Numbered from the stretch's first letter, positions 1-13,947 are shown. The stretch is 64,000 nt of DNA from Nemertoderma westbladi (GCA_032718475.1 JAUCBJ010007886.1:1-64000), one strand, 5' to 3'. A program made the numbers and translations. The notes: generated from the letters alone by a model not told the origin.

Positions 1-206
1 TTACTCTTTTTATTTTCTTTCTCAAAAAATCTATGGTGCGCGCCGCCATGCGCCCGTATTGGGGATCCGCGCCTGTACCGGTACTTCACCATGTGTGAAT
101 ACTGGTGGCTCTGGTAGGACGAAATATGATTCTAATTTTATATTTGATAAAAGTATATTTTCAATTGGTACAGTATATTAATTATGTTTACAAAATTGTG
201 GTTTAA

Positions 207-1724
207 CCCTATTAAACCCGGGGGGGGGGGGGGGGGGGGTCAATATGACCCCCCCCCCCGTGGTTTTTTTTATTATAATTCTGAAACAAACGCAGACAAA
301 CATTGGGTACTTTTCGAGTTATAGCACCATTTTTTAACCCTACTTTTGGCACTTTTTTTGAGACGTTTTTTGAAAATTACATTTCATTAAATATGAATTG
401 TAACATCTCTATTTTTGATTTACACCGGTTTTTTGGTGTTAGAAATTTGATGGAATTCATATAAATTGATTTAGAAATTTCAAACTTGTTTTTTTCGGTG
501 GGTGCCAAATTTTGGTGCCAGCACCAAATTTTGAAATAAGTCAATTTTGTAAATTGATCGTTTCAAACTTGTTTTTTACGCAATTGGGGTTTTTGGGTTT
601 CTGGATTCGATGAAATATATACGAGTTGCACCAAGCGTATCAAACTTGTATTTTTCGGTGCTGTGTGCAAATTTTGGTGCTAGCACGAAATTTTGAAAAT
701 CCATTCAATAGATAAAATTGCTTGTGACAATTTATTTCTTGCGTTTTAGAGGTTTATGGCTGTTCTGAATTCAATGGAAAATATAATTATCGAACTAGAC
801 ATCTCAAACTTGTATTTTTCGGATGTGGTGCAAAATGTGGTGCTAGCACCAAATTTTGAAAACCATCAAATATATCAATTGATTATGTCACCTTGTTTCT
901 TGCGTTATACGGGTTTGTAATGGTTCTGAATTCAATGGAATCAGTAAAAATTTCATAAGAGTTCTCAAACTTGTATTTTTCGCCGGTGTGTGAAAATTGT
1001 TGTGCCATCACCAAATTTTGGAAAATATGCAAATTGATAAGTAGATAGTATCACCTTGTTTCTTGCGTTATACGGGTTTATGAGGGTCCTGAATCCGATG
1101 GAATCAATAAAAACAGCACTGGACATCGCAAACGTATACTTTTTGGTGATGGGTACGAAATTTGGTGATAGCACCAAAATTTGCCAAATTACGCCGAAAA
1201 ATACAAGTAGCAATGATCTAGCATATTAGAAATGTATTCCATTAGAATCAGCGCCCTCGAAAACCTGAAAATGTGAATTTATAGCATCGTATAAGTGAAT
1301 TAAAAATTTTGTGTTCTAACTGAAAAGTGCTGGTTACTTGTTTTTTTTCATTTTTTTCCTACGCAGAGAGGACTAAACAGCCATTTATAGTAATCATATC
1401 ATTTTTTAATATTTTCCAATGTATTTTGCACCCCAGAAAACCTGTATTGAAAAATAATTAGCCGAAAATGTAACTTTCAAATTTGGTGAAAATTGTGCAC
1501 TACTTGTAATTTTGGTGCTGCAATATAACCACCCCAGTACATTTGTTCGAAAAATTTTTTCTTTGGTCGGATCCAGACAAGTGATACCTACGTACAAACA
1601 AAAAATCAGACGTTTTCGTAAATATTTGTAGATTTTAGAGGGGGGGGGGGGGGGGGGGGGGGGGGGTCAATATGACCCCCCCCCCGGTATTTGTACAACA
1701 TTTTATAGCCCGGTACTAATAGGG
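207..1724. mobile_element. Non-autonomous piggyBac-like DNA transposon
   Basis: Flanked by TTAA (203-206, 1725-1728). Imperfect TIRs CCCTATTAAACCCGGG / CCCGGTACTAATAGGG. A polyG-TCAATATGA-polyC block lies near both ends. About 5 diverged internal ~160-165-bp repeats (CAAACTTG...GCACCAAATTTTG). No transposase ORF. Confidence 0.8.
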
Positions 1725-2369
1725 TTAAAGTGTGATCTTTATTGCTTTGTAATTAAAACAACATCCTGCTGTCGGGTTTCGAATTCTGTGATAAATACTG
1801 AAGAACATTTAATTAGTTTGAATATCTTTTGTTGATTCTTTCCTTATCCGGTTGTTGCTATGGTTTCTTTTCTGCAGTTAGCCTTTTATTCCATCCGAAA
1901 CTTCCTCCATTGGCATGTATTTTTCCTTCCAACTGACTAGCTGTGAAAAAAAATAATTATAGTAATACAGTAGTACACTGCAGTAGTGCAAACTGTGCAA
2001 GCAACAACTATATGGTTCATGCTACTATACAGTACATTAAGGCAATAGTGTAAAGCGCAAATATCTTAAACTTCATGATTTGAAAAAAACTTCTAAAAAC
2101 AACTTACGTTTCGATTTAATCCATAATCATTATCAAAGCACTAAGATAAATACCTAGAAATTAGTGAAAGACAGTACTAAATACAGTATGCATATACAAT
2201 AAGTAGGCCTACAGTAGTAGTAGGCCAAGTAGGCCTAATAAGGCTAGTGAAGATTGCAATAACAATACAAAGAAATTGAATAAATAATGCGTGTGGTGTA
2301 TGTAAAAAAAGATAACATGTCTCTTTCTTTTTTGATAACTCTTTCAATAATCCTTCTAAGTGTGGGAAT

Positions 2370-3550
2370 GGGCTCCATGATCCCATTCTGATTTACTCGT
2401 AGCGATCCCTGATGCGATTTAATAGGATTTTAATGTCATCAACCTGCAGTTTGATAAGCTGTTATATATTATCAAAGTATTTCTTGTTCAGGGACCTAGA
2501 TATGCAGCCATAACTGCTTTCTTGGCCGCTGTAGTCCGGTTTAGCCTGGATGCTCCCAGTGCCTTAGTGAGATCCTCTCGGCACTTCCTAATTCTGTGGT
2601 CTGTCCATGGTGCCTTATTTATGTTTCACAGCCCTCACAGTTATCTATTGCCTCTGATGCAAGGGCCTCATACAGTTCCTGTAGCTCAGATCTAGTGTGA
2701 AGCTGAATTTCACACAGGGCTCTAATAGAGACACAGGTTTGCAATAGAGAGGAACAAGCATGCCGTGGCAAGGTAGATTTCTAAGTTATCCTAGCGTGGA
2801 GACTAAGTCTTACATAAGACGATGATGCGATTGGAGATTTCGTCGATTTTATCCAATGCTGCATGGTGCAGTTGGATTCATCAATAGGCCAATTTCTCCA
2901 TTGCCACTATCATCTGTTGATGCGAGGGCGAGTCGCCAACGAACCCCATGCCCTTAGTCAGAATCTCATCAGTCTGTCCAGTCTGGATTCAGTGGTCTTG
3001 AATACACACTGCGCTAAGGCAAAGCTTATCTGCCATTGATAGTCAGTTCGCCTTGTCGCATTGGTGTTAGGGTATTAACTAACGCTTGTTAGGTTGGTTG
3101 GGGTGGAATATGAGAGTAGCCTCCTAATCCAGAATTCCTCTCTCCGTCGCAATGTGATCTCCCTTGTAACCCATGGTTTGGGCAAGAAAGGTCATCAGGA
3201 ACGCGACTCCTAGAATTGTTGGCCTGTCTCTCTCTAGTGTGGTGTAAGACAGGCTGCCGGTCAGGAGATAACTGACGCCTATGAGGCTATTTATGTCTGG
3301 TTATTCCACTGGTCACTATTGGCCGGACCTCCGCATTATTGATGCAATCCGTAGTGGGGGTTGCCGGTGCCTTTTTGTTGAGTCAGATTGGGGGGCAAAT
3401 ACGTCACCTTGGTTTGCCATTCCAGTGTCGCAGTAGAGGGGGCCCATCACCCACACATACTCTGAAGCACATTGAAACACTGAAACCCACCATTTATTTG
3501 GCTCATCTGCTGGGCCTTGCCCTGCAGCCAAGTGCAGGTCGCAGTGGACC
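2370..3550 (-). pseudogene. Decayed 5' part (APE endonuclease region) of an RTE-like non-LTR retrotransposon
   Basis: Broken minus-strand translation gives AVCIQDH and GNGEIGLLMNP...DKIDEISNRIIV, resembling RTE endonuclease motifs (GIQEHR, GGVGLLL...EKISPRII). Many stops and frameshifts; boundaries approximate. Confidence 0.45.
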
Positions 3551-4524
3551 GCACTCAAATTGCAAATGAGTGCGCTCTACTCCTGAACTTGAACTTTGAC
3601 CTGAACTTGACTTGAACCTTAACTGGACTGCGCATGCAAGTACAGTACATACAGTATAGTTGTTTAATATAGCGCGACGTGCAATCTACTGTAGTAATAA
3701 TTAATATTGTCATAATAGTGGGCGGAAAATTTAAATGAATCATAAACTTAGGTGCTACATTAAATTGCACACGAACTTAAAGTTAACTTGATTATTTATT
3801 ATAACACCGAACCGAGACTGCCTTAGTATTGTAGAGGTATAATAATTATCGTACTATACCTATTGAATTAAGATCATCCATGACTTTGGAATAACTTCCA
3901 TGGAATTTCCCCCATCTAGAAGGATTTCCAGGATGTGATAATCCATGAGTTAGTCTTCGACCATGGCCGTTCTGTGGTCTGAATCTACTTGGCATACTGA
4001 AGGCGTCTGTTATAATGACTGTCGTGCATAATATTGCTAACATCTTCATTAAGTCACCCATAATATCTGAAAGTAAAAGCAAGATGACACGGAATTATTG
4101 TAATGTAGATTAATTGTGTGATACGTAAAGTTTAATTTGTGACCAAGTAACTTAGATTGAGTTCTTTGATATTATTTCCGACTGATTTTCTTATGCTAAT
4201 TTTAATTTATCAGTCCATAGGTTACTGTATAAGTTTGGTAAGTTGGGAAAATTTGCTGAAACTTATTACTGCAACTTGTTTCCGAAACTTGTTTCTGCAA
4301 ATTGTTACCGAAATTTGTTTCTGCCACTATTTTATTTACATCATACTATTTATATAATAATAAGATATAGTTAATCAATTTAATTAGAACTAGAATCGGT
4401 TCAAGTCAGTAAGTTAATTTTCCTCTAATCAACGTCTTCCATCCAGCTGAACCATCGAATTGATTCAATCTAGACTTCCCTGCTCCTTTGTTCCCCCAAA
4501 GTTTCGATATTTTTTTTTCCTTTT

Positions 4525-5991
4525 CTTCCCTTTCTTCCACTTTCCTCTACAACTTCTAGACCTGCTTCCCTTTCTTCCACTTTCCTCTACAACTTCTAGA
4601 CCTGCTTCCCTTTCTTCCACTTTCCTCTACAACTTCTAGACCTGCTTCCCTTTCTTCCACTTTCCTCTACAACTTCTAGACCTGCTTCCCTTTCTTCCAC
4701 TTTCCTCTACAACTTCTAGACCTGCTTCCCTTTCTTCCACTTTCCTCTACAACTTCTAGACCTGCTTCCCTTTCTTCCACTTTCCTCTACAACTTCTAGA
4801 CCTGCTTCCCTTTCTTCCACTTTCCTCTACAACTTCTAGACCTGCTTCCCTTTCTTCCACTTTCCTCTACAACTTCTAGACCTGCTTCCCTTTCTTCCAC
4901 TTTCCTCTACAACTTCTAGACCTGCTTCCCTTTCTTCCACTTTCCTCTACAACTTCTAGACCTGCTTCCCTTTCTTCCACTTTCCTCTACAACTTCTAGA
5001 CCTGCTTCCCTTTCTTCCACTTTCCTCTACAACTTCTAGACCTGCTTCCCTTTCTTCCACTTTCCTCTACAACTTCTAGACCTGCTTCCCTTTCTTCCAC
5101 TTTCCTCTACAACTTCTAGACCTGCTTCCCTTTCTTCCACTTTCCTCTACAACTTCTAGACCTGCTTCCCTTTCTTCCACTTTCCTCTACAACTTCTAGA
5201 CCTGCTTCCCTTTCTTCCACTTTCCTCTACAACTTCTAGACCTGCTTCCCTTTCTTCCACTTTCCTCTACAACTTCTAGACCTACTTCCCTTTCTTCCAC
5301 TTTCCTCTACAACTTCAAGACCTGCTTCCCTTTCTTCCACTTTCCTCTACAACTTCTAGACCTACTTCCCTTTCTTCCACTTTCCTCTACAACTTCTAGA
5401 CCTGCTTCCCTTTCTTCCACTTTCCTCTACAACTTCTAGACCTGCTTCCCTTTCTTCCACTTTCCTCTACAACTTCTAGACCTGCTTCCCTTTCTTCCAC
5501 TTTCCTCTACAACTTCTAGACCTGCTTCCCTTTCTTCCACTTTCCTCTACAACTTCTAGACCTGCTTCCCTTTCTTCCACTTTCCTCTACAACTTCTAGA
5601 CCTGCTTCCCTTTCTTCCACTTTCCTCTACAACTTCTAGACCTGCTTCCCTTTCTTCCACTTTCCTCTACAACTTCTAGACCTGCTTCCCTTTCTTCCAC
5701 TTTCCTCTACAACTTCTAGACCTGCTTCCCTTTCTTCCACTTTCCTCTACAACTTCTAGACCTGCTTCCCTTTCTTCCACTTTCCTCTACATCTTCTAGA
5801 CCTGCTTCACTTTCTTCCACTTTCCTCTACAACTTCTAGACCTGCTTCCCTTTCTTCCACTTTCCTCTACAACTTCTAGACCGGCTTCCCTTTCTTCCAC
5901 TTTCCTCTACAACTTCTAGACCTGCTTCCCTTTCTTCCACTTTCCTCTACAACTTCTAGACCTGCTTCCCTTTCTTCCACTTTCCTCTACA
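4525..5991. repeat. 40-bp tandem satellite, ~36.5 near-identical copies
   Basis: Unit CCTGCTTCCCTTTCTTCCACTTTCCTCTACAACTTCTAGA, with only a handful of single-base variants. Confidence 0.98.
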
Positions 5992-6459
5992 GCTTCCCTT
6001 TCCCTTCTTCGTTCCTTTCCCCTTCTTACTTCCCTTTCTACTTCCGAAAGAAATTGGTAACCCCGCACTCAATCCCCAACCCACTGCGCCACTTGGTGCG
6101 GGACCCTCTCAGGCAGTGAGTCGTCCCATGGATGATGGCGAACATGGTGGCGATCATGGCGGTGCAGTCTGTTGGCTTGTGGGGCCAGCACTCCGTCACA
6201 TAAGCCACAAAGGGGGAGAAGTCACCACGCCGTGCGTGACAGCAGCAGTGTAAAGCTGCTTCTTCTCCTGCTGTGTACCTTCGAACACGGACGTGGGAGA
6301 GCGATTCAAGTACTATGCGGCGCAGCATCAAGGTTGGTTGACCTAATATCAATCAACGTCTGAGTCTGTACATTGAATGCTCCCCTTATCCCCACACCGC
6401 ACCGCATTCCGGATTCATCGCCTCGAGATTCGGTCCAAATTGGGTTCAGATAGGTTCAG

Positions 6460-7268
6460 ATATGACTTGGTACTTTAGAATCCGATAATTTATTTTCTTG
6501 GTTTCTATTACGGGTGATTTTCCATCCATTCAATCACACATCAATTCTCAATCATTTCATAAATGGCTTATATAAATTGAAAGTGGAGAGTCTTGCACAT
6601 ATTTTGTCACTACAAATTAATTAAATGAATGATGATGGAGATTGATAAAATGCTGTTCACAATTCCTAACTCGGCAGATTGCCTTACCGGTACGCTAGTA
6701 CTCAGCCCTATTAGACTATTGTAGTATCTGAGTATTGCGGCTTAATTCAATAAGTTGGGTTTACCGGTGACCGGTACACAATTTTAATATTCAAGTAGCC
6801 TACTACCAATTATTATAGAACCGGCTGACCGGTATTATAAGTTTAGTGATAGTATTTTAAATCTTATCTGTGGGCGCTTACCTTACTGGTGGACTCAATA
6901 TAGCTTGGAATGCAGTACTATATGTATACTGCTGGAAACAGCATTTTATCAATAGTCATCATCATTAATTTAAGTAATTGTAGTGTCAAAAAATGCGCAA
7001 AATGATGTGTAAAATGATGGAAATGTAATGTCTATTTGAATCGATCGAAAATCATTGACCATAGAAACCAAGATAAGAAATTACCAGAGCACTTTAAGTA
7101 GTGACGTCAAATCTGTAGCAGTCAACCACATCCGATTTTCAAAATTGGCTTTGCGCGCTTACTTAAACCCGCCATTTCGACCGTATCCTTGTGTTTTTAC
7201 AAAAAACACACCCGCCACTTGATTCGGGGCACCTTGTTACCTCTTATTCGAATGTTTCTAGCCAAACA
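6460..7268. repeat. Inverted pair of a dispersed non-autonomous repeat (arms ~6460-6657 and ~6938-7268)
   Basis: The arms are diverged reverse complements (e.g. TTGATAAAATGCTG / CAGCATTTTATCAA; CTTGGTTTCTAT / ATAGAAACCAAG). A third copy lies at ~15566-15905. Confidence 0.7.
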
Positions 7269-8189
7269 TTTTTTTCGCGCTCCTACCCTACTCCTTCAAA
7301 ATCCGTAACGATGCAAACTGGACTTCATACAAATTATACAATAGTATAATTAAAGTATAGGCCTACAGTTTAGTTACATAGATTAGATACAGTACATGAT
7401 TCATAGTGAACGGATCCATAGCGACATAGCAACACTGAAAAGCGTGGGTGGGTAATAATAATTATTTTCATTCTACAACCAGGAAGCTAGTGTAGTAGGC
7501 CTCTAGTAATGGTCATACATTCCCTTGACAATCAGTTTCATGTTCAAGTAGATTTTTAATCAGCAGTTTCATACAGTAGTTACTGTACAGTAGTCCTGTA
7601 CTACTGTATGTACAGTAGTACTGTAGCCATGTGCGTCCGTTGGGGCTTTGTGAAGCACATGAATGGATAAAATGAACATAATATGGATTGACGAACTTCA
7701 GCACATGTGATACAGAGAGCACACATGATTAATGTGAATTTATTAAACCAACTGCTACTGTAGTGTGAATGTCAAGGCCAGTGCTTTAATTTATTATTTA
7801 TGAATAAGTAGTTTTTTTTTGTATACAGTAGAGATAGTCACCAGGTTACTTTGCTGAGGGCTGAAAAACATCATGTATTTAAATTACATTAATTTGTAGT
7901 GTAGACACACTGCGCATCCAATGAAATTGAAATAATGAGTTGAGACTGTGTTGGTAGACTCTGTTGGCCAGGCCAATTAATAATTATTAACCATGTTCAT
8001 TATTCTCAATTAAGGGAAAGGAAGAGGTAAAAATAATAAAGAGTTACACAGGTATAGTTATTTGAACCAACGAGTAATCTGTAATGTGTGACGATTTACC
8101 CTGGAAATGGCGGAATTTTGATTGCGTTACTAGTTGCACACACCCCCACCACCCCACCATTCCAGCCAGACATTCTACAGTATAACACT

Positions 8190-8576
8190 TGAGTTGACAC
8201 ATTGGCCCACCCAAGCTTGACACTTAAACAAAGCCGCCTCCGCTTTGCAGCACATTGTTTTCGCCGTGAGTACCAGTCTGTGATCAATCTTGTGCTTTTG
8301 CAGCACCATGGAGAAAATAAGCATGGTGGAAAGCATGCGACATTATTGAGATGCCTCTTTAAGGAAACTGGCCTTGAAGATGCGGATAATCTCGCGAAAG
8401 TCATGGGAGTTGTGGCGGGTGCAATTTTGTCGATAAGCCGGCATAGCATTTTTAATGTACGCTGCGTTGGAGCATGCCAATTGTGGATTGCTTGGTGGCG
8501 GTATAAATTGTTTTGTTAAGCTGGCATAGCATCTCAATGTGCAGCTTCAATGCAGCAGGGCGATTATAGTAGTAGT
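8190..8576 (+). pseudogene. Degraded 3' end of RTE LINE
   Basis: Translation RLRFAAHCFR...KETGLEDADNLAKVMG matches the C-terminus of the 10542-11453 ORF. Ends in a (TAG)n tail. Confidence 0.85.
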
Positions 8577-8691
8577 ACAGTACCGGTAGTATTTATAGTA
8601 GGCCTCGTGTACAGTATCTACTGTAGTGTTAGCGGATTATAATCCTAAGTGGATGCGGTTTTGTTACTTATTTCACAAATGCCAGCTATCA

Positions 8692-9140
8692 AGTTAGAGC
8701 TTACCCCAGTTAGAGCTTACTCCAGTTAGAGCTCACCCCAGGTAGAGCTTACCCCATTTAGAGCTTACTCCAGTTAGATCTTACCCCAGTTAGAGCTTAC
8801 CCCAGTTACAGCTTACCCCATTTAGAGCTTACTCCAGTTAGAGCTCACCCCAGTTAGAGCTTACCCCATTTAGAGCTTACTCCAGTTAGATCTTACCCCA
8901 GTTAGAGCTTACCCCAGTTACAGCTTACCCCAGTTAGAGCTTACTCCAGTTAGATCTTACCCCAGTTACAGCTTACACCAGTTAGAGCTTACTACAGTTA
9001 GATCTTACCCCAGTTAGAGATACTCCAGTTAGATCCTACCCCAGTTAGAGCTTACTCCAGTTACAGCTTACCCCAGTTAGAGCTTTTACTCCAGTTAGAT
9101 CTTACCCCAGTTAGAGCTTATTACAGTTTAGAGCTTACGC
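8692..9140. repeat. 16-bp minisatellite, ~28 copies
   Basis: Unit AGTTAGAGCTTACCCC with minor variants. Confidence 0.95.
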
Positions 9141-9710
9141 CTAATTTAGATAGTGCCCCTCATGCTCACGAATCACTTACTTTATTACGTAGGAAAAGTG
9201 CTGCACTATCATTTTATCTTTTCTAAATCACATTTATAATTAAATAATTAATATTATGGTTGAAATTTTACAACACAGTGAACCAAATACTGAACTGTAG
9301 AGGAGAATTGAAGCTTGCGAATAAATTACTGATTGAAATGCCGTCGATGAAATGATTTAGTGAATAATTAATTAAAACACTTTTATTCACTTGTTGATAA
9401 ATAGTCGATTGGTAAAACTGTTTTTTAAATTAACGAAATGGTGTTCCTGATTGATCTGCTTTGATCAATCACTTTCAATTCATGAGTTTGGATAAATTGG
9501 CTGTCGTGGGCATTGTAGCCTATTATCTTGGATTGGTGCTTGTGCTTTGCCGTTTTTTATGGGGGTATGTAGATTGTACTGTTACGTTGGTACAGTAGGT
9601 TCTCTAAAAATGAGAGTACTTTTGACACGATTTAATTAATAGTTAATCTTGCCACGGAACTCTGCAGGTTGTTTGAACTGAAAATATCATGGGAATGGGA
9701 TTGGTTCAAT

Positions 9711-9848
9711 ATGATGATCTAAGATAAGGACATGCGTAGAACATAGTCATCCACAATTAATTATGAATAAGAATGGTGCAATGTCACCCTGGAGTACTCC
9801 CCATAAAACTTCGAATGGTTCTGTGTCACCATCAACAGTAGAGACACG
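9711..9848 (-). pseudogene. Internal RT fragment of the same RTE LINE family
   Basis: Minus strand reads VSTVDGDTEPFEVLWGVLQGD.APFLFII...DYVLRMSL, the RT QG motif overlapping the 5' truncation point of the 10527 copy. Confidence 0.75.
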
Positions 9849-10526
9849 TTCGTGGGGTCTTTGCGCAGCACGAAGTGAGCAAAGCCTTTCGCATATGGGC
9901 ACCATTAACCAGTTGTCTGCCGTTAGTCAGAAGTCTTCAACAAAATATTCGTCCTCCTCTTGTGCCTCGTTGCATTCGTTCGTTTTTTGACGAAACTTCA
10001 GATTCCTTCTAAACTTTTGACGGACTACATACATACCAAGTTTCGTTAAATTTCATCAAGGAATAACCGAGTTATTAGCGATCAAAAATTTACGACAGAC
10101 GACGACGACGAGAGACAACTCGCCAATGGCACCCATATGCTAAGGCTTCGCTCACTTCGTGGCTCGCCCCACAAATGTCGTCGAACGATCGTATACTGAT
10201 CTGATTGCTGCCATAATTTCCTCCGGAATCCCATTAAATGCAACTATGCTGAACGAACATACATACAGTACGTGATTGACACTGAATCGAAGGCCTTAAC
10301 GAAGTCAACAAAGATAACAGCCAGATGTCTGTCTTACTTTTTTTAATTTAACTTATCCGTCTAAACGCCAGAATAGTGGGCTCCATGGTCCCACGACCTT
10401 TACGGAACCCATTCCGAATTTTGAATGTAGGGCCTAATTATTTTTCGATCTCTACCAGGTGTACCTGTAACAGGACGTATGAATATGATATGTGTCTAAC
10501 GGCCGACATGGATTGTCGCAGGCCCT

Positions 10527-11497
10527 TGTTCTTGTTCATTATTGTTCATTATTGTGGTTGACTATGTTCTACGCATGTCCTTAGATCATCATAATGATGA
10601 TGGGGTGATGATAACTCCACCTACTGGCTCCAGAAGTCGAGGAAATCCTGCCAAGTACCTAACTGATCTAGACTTTGCTGATGACTTAGGAGTACTCTCA
10701 GAATCACTAGAGGGAGCCCAACGGCTCCTCAGCTCATTAGAACATGCTGCTTCTAGTGTTGGTCTTTTTATTAACTCCAGAAAGACCAAAATTTTGACAG
10801 TTAACTATGAAAGTCATCAGCAAGTCTCTGATCGGATGAGCATAATCTCAAAGGATGGTATGCTTGAGCATGTGGACGACTTCTGTTACCTGGGATCATG
10901 GATCCGGAAGTCAGGTGAGGACCTTCGAATACGTAAGGGAAAGGCATGGGCAGCCTTGAATAGGCTTTCTAGGATTTGGAAGTCACCGAGAATTAATCGG
11001 AAACTTAAGGTCCGATTATTTAGAGCAGCAGTAGTTCCAGTACTCCTCTACGGGAGTCCATGCTGGGCTCTAACTGCTGAGGACACCAAATCTCTGGATG
11101 GCACATTCACAAGAATGCTACGCCGGGTTCATTGTGTCAAGTACAATGCACACATCTCCAACCAGACACTATATAACATTGGAGGTGTCTCATTGGTTCC
11201 CCCAAGCTTGACACTAGAACAAAATCGCCTCCGCTTTGCAGGACATTGCTTTCGCAGTGAGGACCAGCCAGTGCATAATCTTGTACTTTGGCAGCCTCAT
11301 GGAGTGAATAAGCATGGTGGACAGCCCATGACTTTCTTGAGACGCATCTTAAAGGACACTGGCCTTGAAGATGCGGATGATCTAGCAAATGTCATGGGTG
11401 ATAGGGAGTTGTGGCGGTGTAATTTTGTTGACAAGCCGGCACAGCATTCTTAAAAATGCAGCTGCAATGCAGCATGCCGATCCTAGTAGTAGTAGTA
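10527..11497 (+). mobile_element. 5'-truncated RTE-clade LINE with (TAG)n tail
   Basis: 12-bp target-site duplication GTCGCAGGCCCT at 10515-10526 and 11498-11509, a TAG-repeat tail, and an RT C-terminal ORF. Confidence 0.92.
10542..11453 (+). CDS. C-terminal half of RTE reverse transcriptase (5'-truncated, no true start)
   Basis: LDFADD catalytic motif, plus KTK, FCYLGS, VLLYG..W and RLRFAGHCFR motifs typical of RTE ORFs. Confidence 0.9.
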   Translation: MFIIVVDYVLRMSLDHHNDDGVMITPPTGSRSRGNPAKYLTDLDFADDLGVLSESLEGAQRLLSSLEHAASSVGLFINSRKTKILTVNYESHQQVSDRMSIISKDGMLEHVDDFCYLGSWIRKSGEDLRIRKGKAWAALNRLSRIWKSPRINRKLKVRLFRAAVVPVLLYGSPCWALTAEDTKSLDGTFTRMLRRVHCVKYNAHISNQTLYNIGGVSLVPPSLTLEQNRLRFAGHCFRSEDQPVHNLVLWQPHGVNKHGGQPMTFLRRILKDTGLEDADDLANVMGDRELWRCNFVDKPAQHS

Positions 11498-12175
11498 GTC
11501 GCAGGCCCTATAGCATTCTAAAAAGTAAAGTAACCCGTCATATAAAGTTATAGGTTACATGCATCCTGTTCTATGTACGGGGTTACATAGGCCCTAATAG
11601 TTCTAATAAAATGATAATAATTTATCATAGTATAGTGAAAAAAAACTAGGCCCCATTTATTTAAATGTAGGTGGGTACAACGTGTAATGTACAGTACGAA
11701 TCGTTAATGACTGGACTGGACACATTCAATGCTTCAAAGCTGACTGTAACTGTATTTTACTTTCGGCAGTGATTTTTTATGTCCTTTTATTTGACTTTTT
11801 CTGTCCTCCTTTTTTACGAATTGTGCATAATGACTTTTGTTGTCCTTTTAATGACTTTTGTTGTCCTTTTAATGACTTTTTATGTATGTATTTCTTCAAA
11901 CTGTCAGACTGCTGATTTCTGGACTGTCAGACAGTTGATTTCAACATGCCTATGCCAAAACATTCAAAATTTGTTTATTTCTGGTCTGTCGGACAGTTGG
12001 TTTCACTACTGTATGCCTGTGCCAAAACATTCCATGATTCCATGATTTATAGACTATGAGATAGAATTCCATATGCGCCTGTTGTAAAAGACTCTAAATT
12101 TAATAGTTTGTGGTTGTTGTCGATAATCGATTACCACATGACGTAGCAAAACACTCATTTTATAGCCAAAAACAA

Positions 12176-12867
12176 TTACCAATTGATGGAAAGGAGCAGG
12201 TTAAGGCCGGATTTTCTAACCAAAACAATAAACAGTCACTTTACCAAATCAGGGAAAGGAGCAGGTTACAGAGGCGGGATTTACTAACCAAAACAATAAA
12301 CGATCATTTAACTAATTGAGGGAAAGGAGCAGGTTACAGAGACGGGATTTTCTAACCAAAACAATAAACGATAACATTACCAATTGAGAGAAAGGAGCAG
12401 GTTACAGAGGCAGGATTTTCTAACCAAAACAATAAACAGTCACTTTACCAAATCAGGGAAAGGAGCAGCTTACAGAGACGGGATTTTCTAACCAAAACAA
12501 TACACGATAACATTACCAATTGAGAGAAAGGAGCAGGTTACAGAGGCGGGATTTCCTAACCAAAACAATAAACGATCACTTAACTAATTGAGGGAAAGGA
12601 GCAGGTTACAGAGGCGGGATTTTCTAACCAAAACAATAAACAGTCACTTTACCAAATCAGGGAAAGGAGCAGGTTACAGAGACGGGATTTTCAAACCAAA
12701 ACAATAAACGATAACATTACCAATTGAGATAAAGGAGCAGGTTACAGAGGCGTTGATTTCCTAACCAAAACAATAAACGATCACTTAACTAATTGAAGGA
12801 AAGGAGCAGGTTACAGAGGCGGGGGAAAGGAGCAGGTTACAGAGGCGGGATTTTCTAACCAAAACAA
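12176..12867. repeat. ~68-bp tandem repeat, ~10 units with three sub-variants
   Basis: Core GGAAAGGAGCAGGTTACAGAGGCGGGATTTTCTAACCAAAACAATAAAC followed by one of three ~20-bp variants. Confidence 0.93.
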
Positions 12868-13947
12868 CCGGTCGGCCGTTAGGCCTACCAGTACCGTATT
12901 TAAATGGTAGGCTACACAGTAGGCCTACAGCAGTACCGGTACTAAAATACAGAAATACCTGCTTTATACCTACATCTGTACATACAATACAGCAAAATAG
13001 TGCTATGTATACTAATACCGGTACTGATAGCCTGAGAGAACAGCAGTAGAGAAAACGGTAGCATGGAACCTAACATTAGATTTTTGGAGGACATAAAAAA
13101 TAAAAAAAGGACAAAAAAAGGATTTAAACGGATAATAAAAATTATTGCGTTTACTTTCTAACTATTTTTGTCATCCTACTGTATATTAGGCCATAACTGT
13201 ACATATGCATACGGAACTGTTTCTGCAAGGGACGCTTTAACTAACTTATTCATAAACGGGGGCCTCTTTAAACGGGATCATGGTTATACATATTAATGGA
13301 ACACGTACAGCACCGGTAAGAACGATTTCATTGTTAATTAAAGGTTAACTTTAGGCCAAACCGGTAGTTTGGTGAGAGACAAGCGGTGACGGATGAATGT
13401 CTTCCGCCTACCCTGTGTGTAATTATTGGAAATCAAAGAAATGCTTACATCATCTGCATCAAAGTTGTCAATTCGTTACGTGAAAGGGAAATAAACGTTC
13501 CTTAGAAAATAATGGATCATGATGAATGATGATCAATTTATGCAAACAGCAATCTGATAAAATGTTCAGTAAAACAGAATTGATAAAAGCAACAATAATG
13601 GTTAACAATTAGTCTCAACACACCACTTGCCAAAGCGTCAGACGTCAGAGTCTCTGTCTTAAAAGTACACTGAACAGTCCTAAAATGAAATACTAATTAT
13701 ATAATATATCATAATTATTTTATTTTGTAACCAAAACAATAAACGATTTTGTTACAAATTGACGGGAAGAGATAATAATAAAATGATATACATTTGGGGG
13801 GGGGGGGGGGGGGTGGATCTATCTAAAGATGACCTTTCGGGTGGCCTCTGGCTTCGGACCAGCCGACTGTTTGTTTGCATGATATGCAACATCAAAAGGG
13901 CCCTGTATTCGCAAAATCTATATCTATCTATATCTAAAATCTCAAGA

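Noticed and set aside
6038-6352. 104-aa GC-rich ORF next to the 40-bp satellite (and 3846-4082)
   Set aside because: No recognisable domain or supportable exon structure; cannot be called.
4525-12867. Tandem arrays (40, 16 and 68 bp) as CRISPR arrays
   Set aside because: No unique spacers (units are identical or recur), no cas genes, eukaryotic context.
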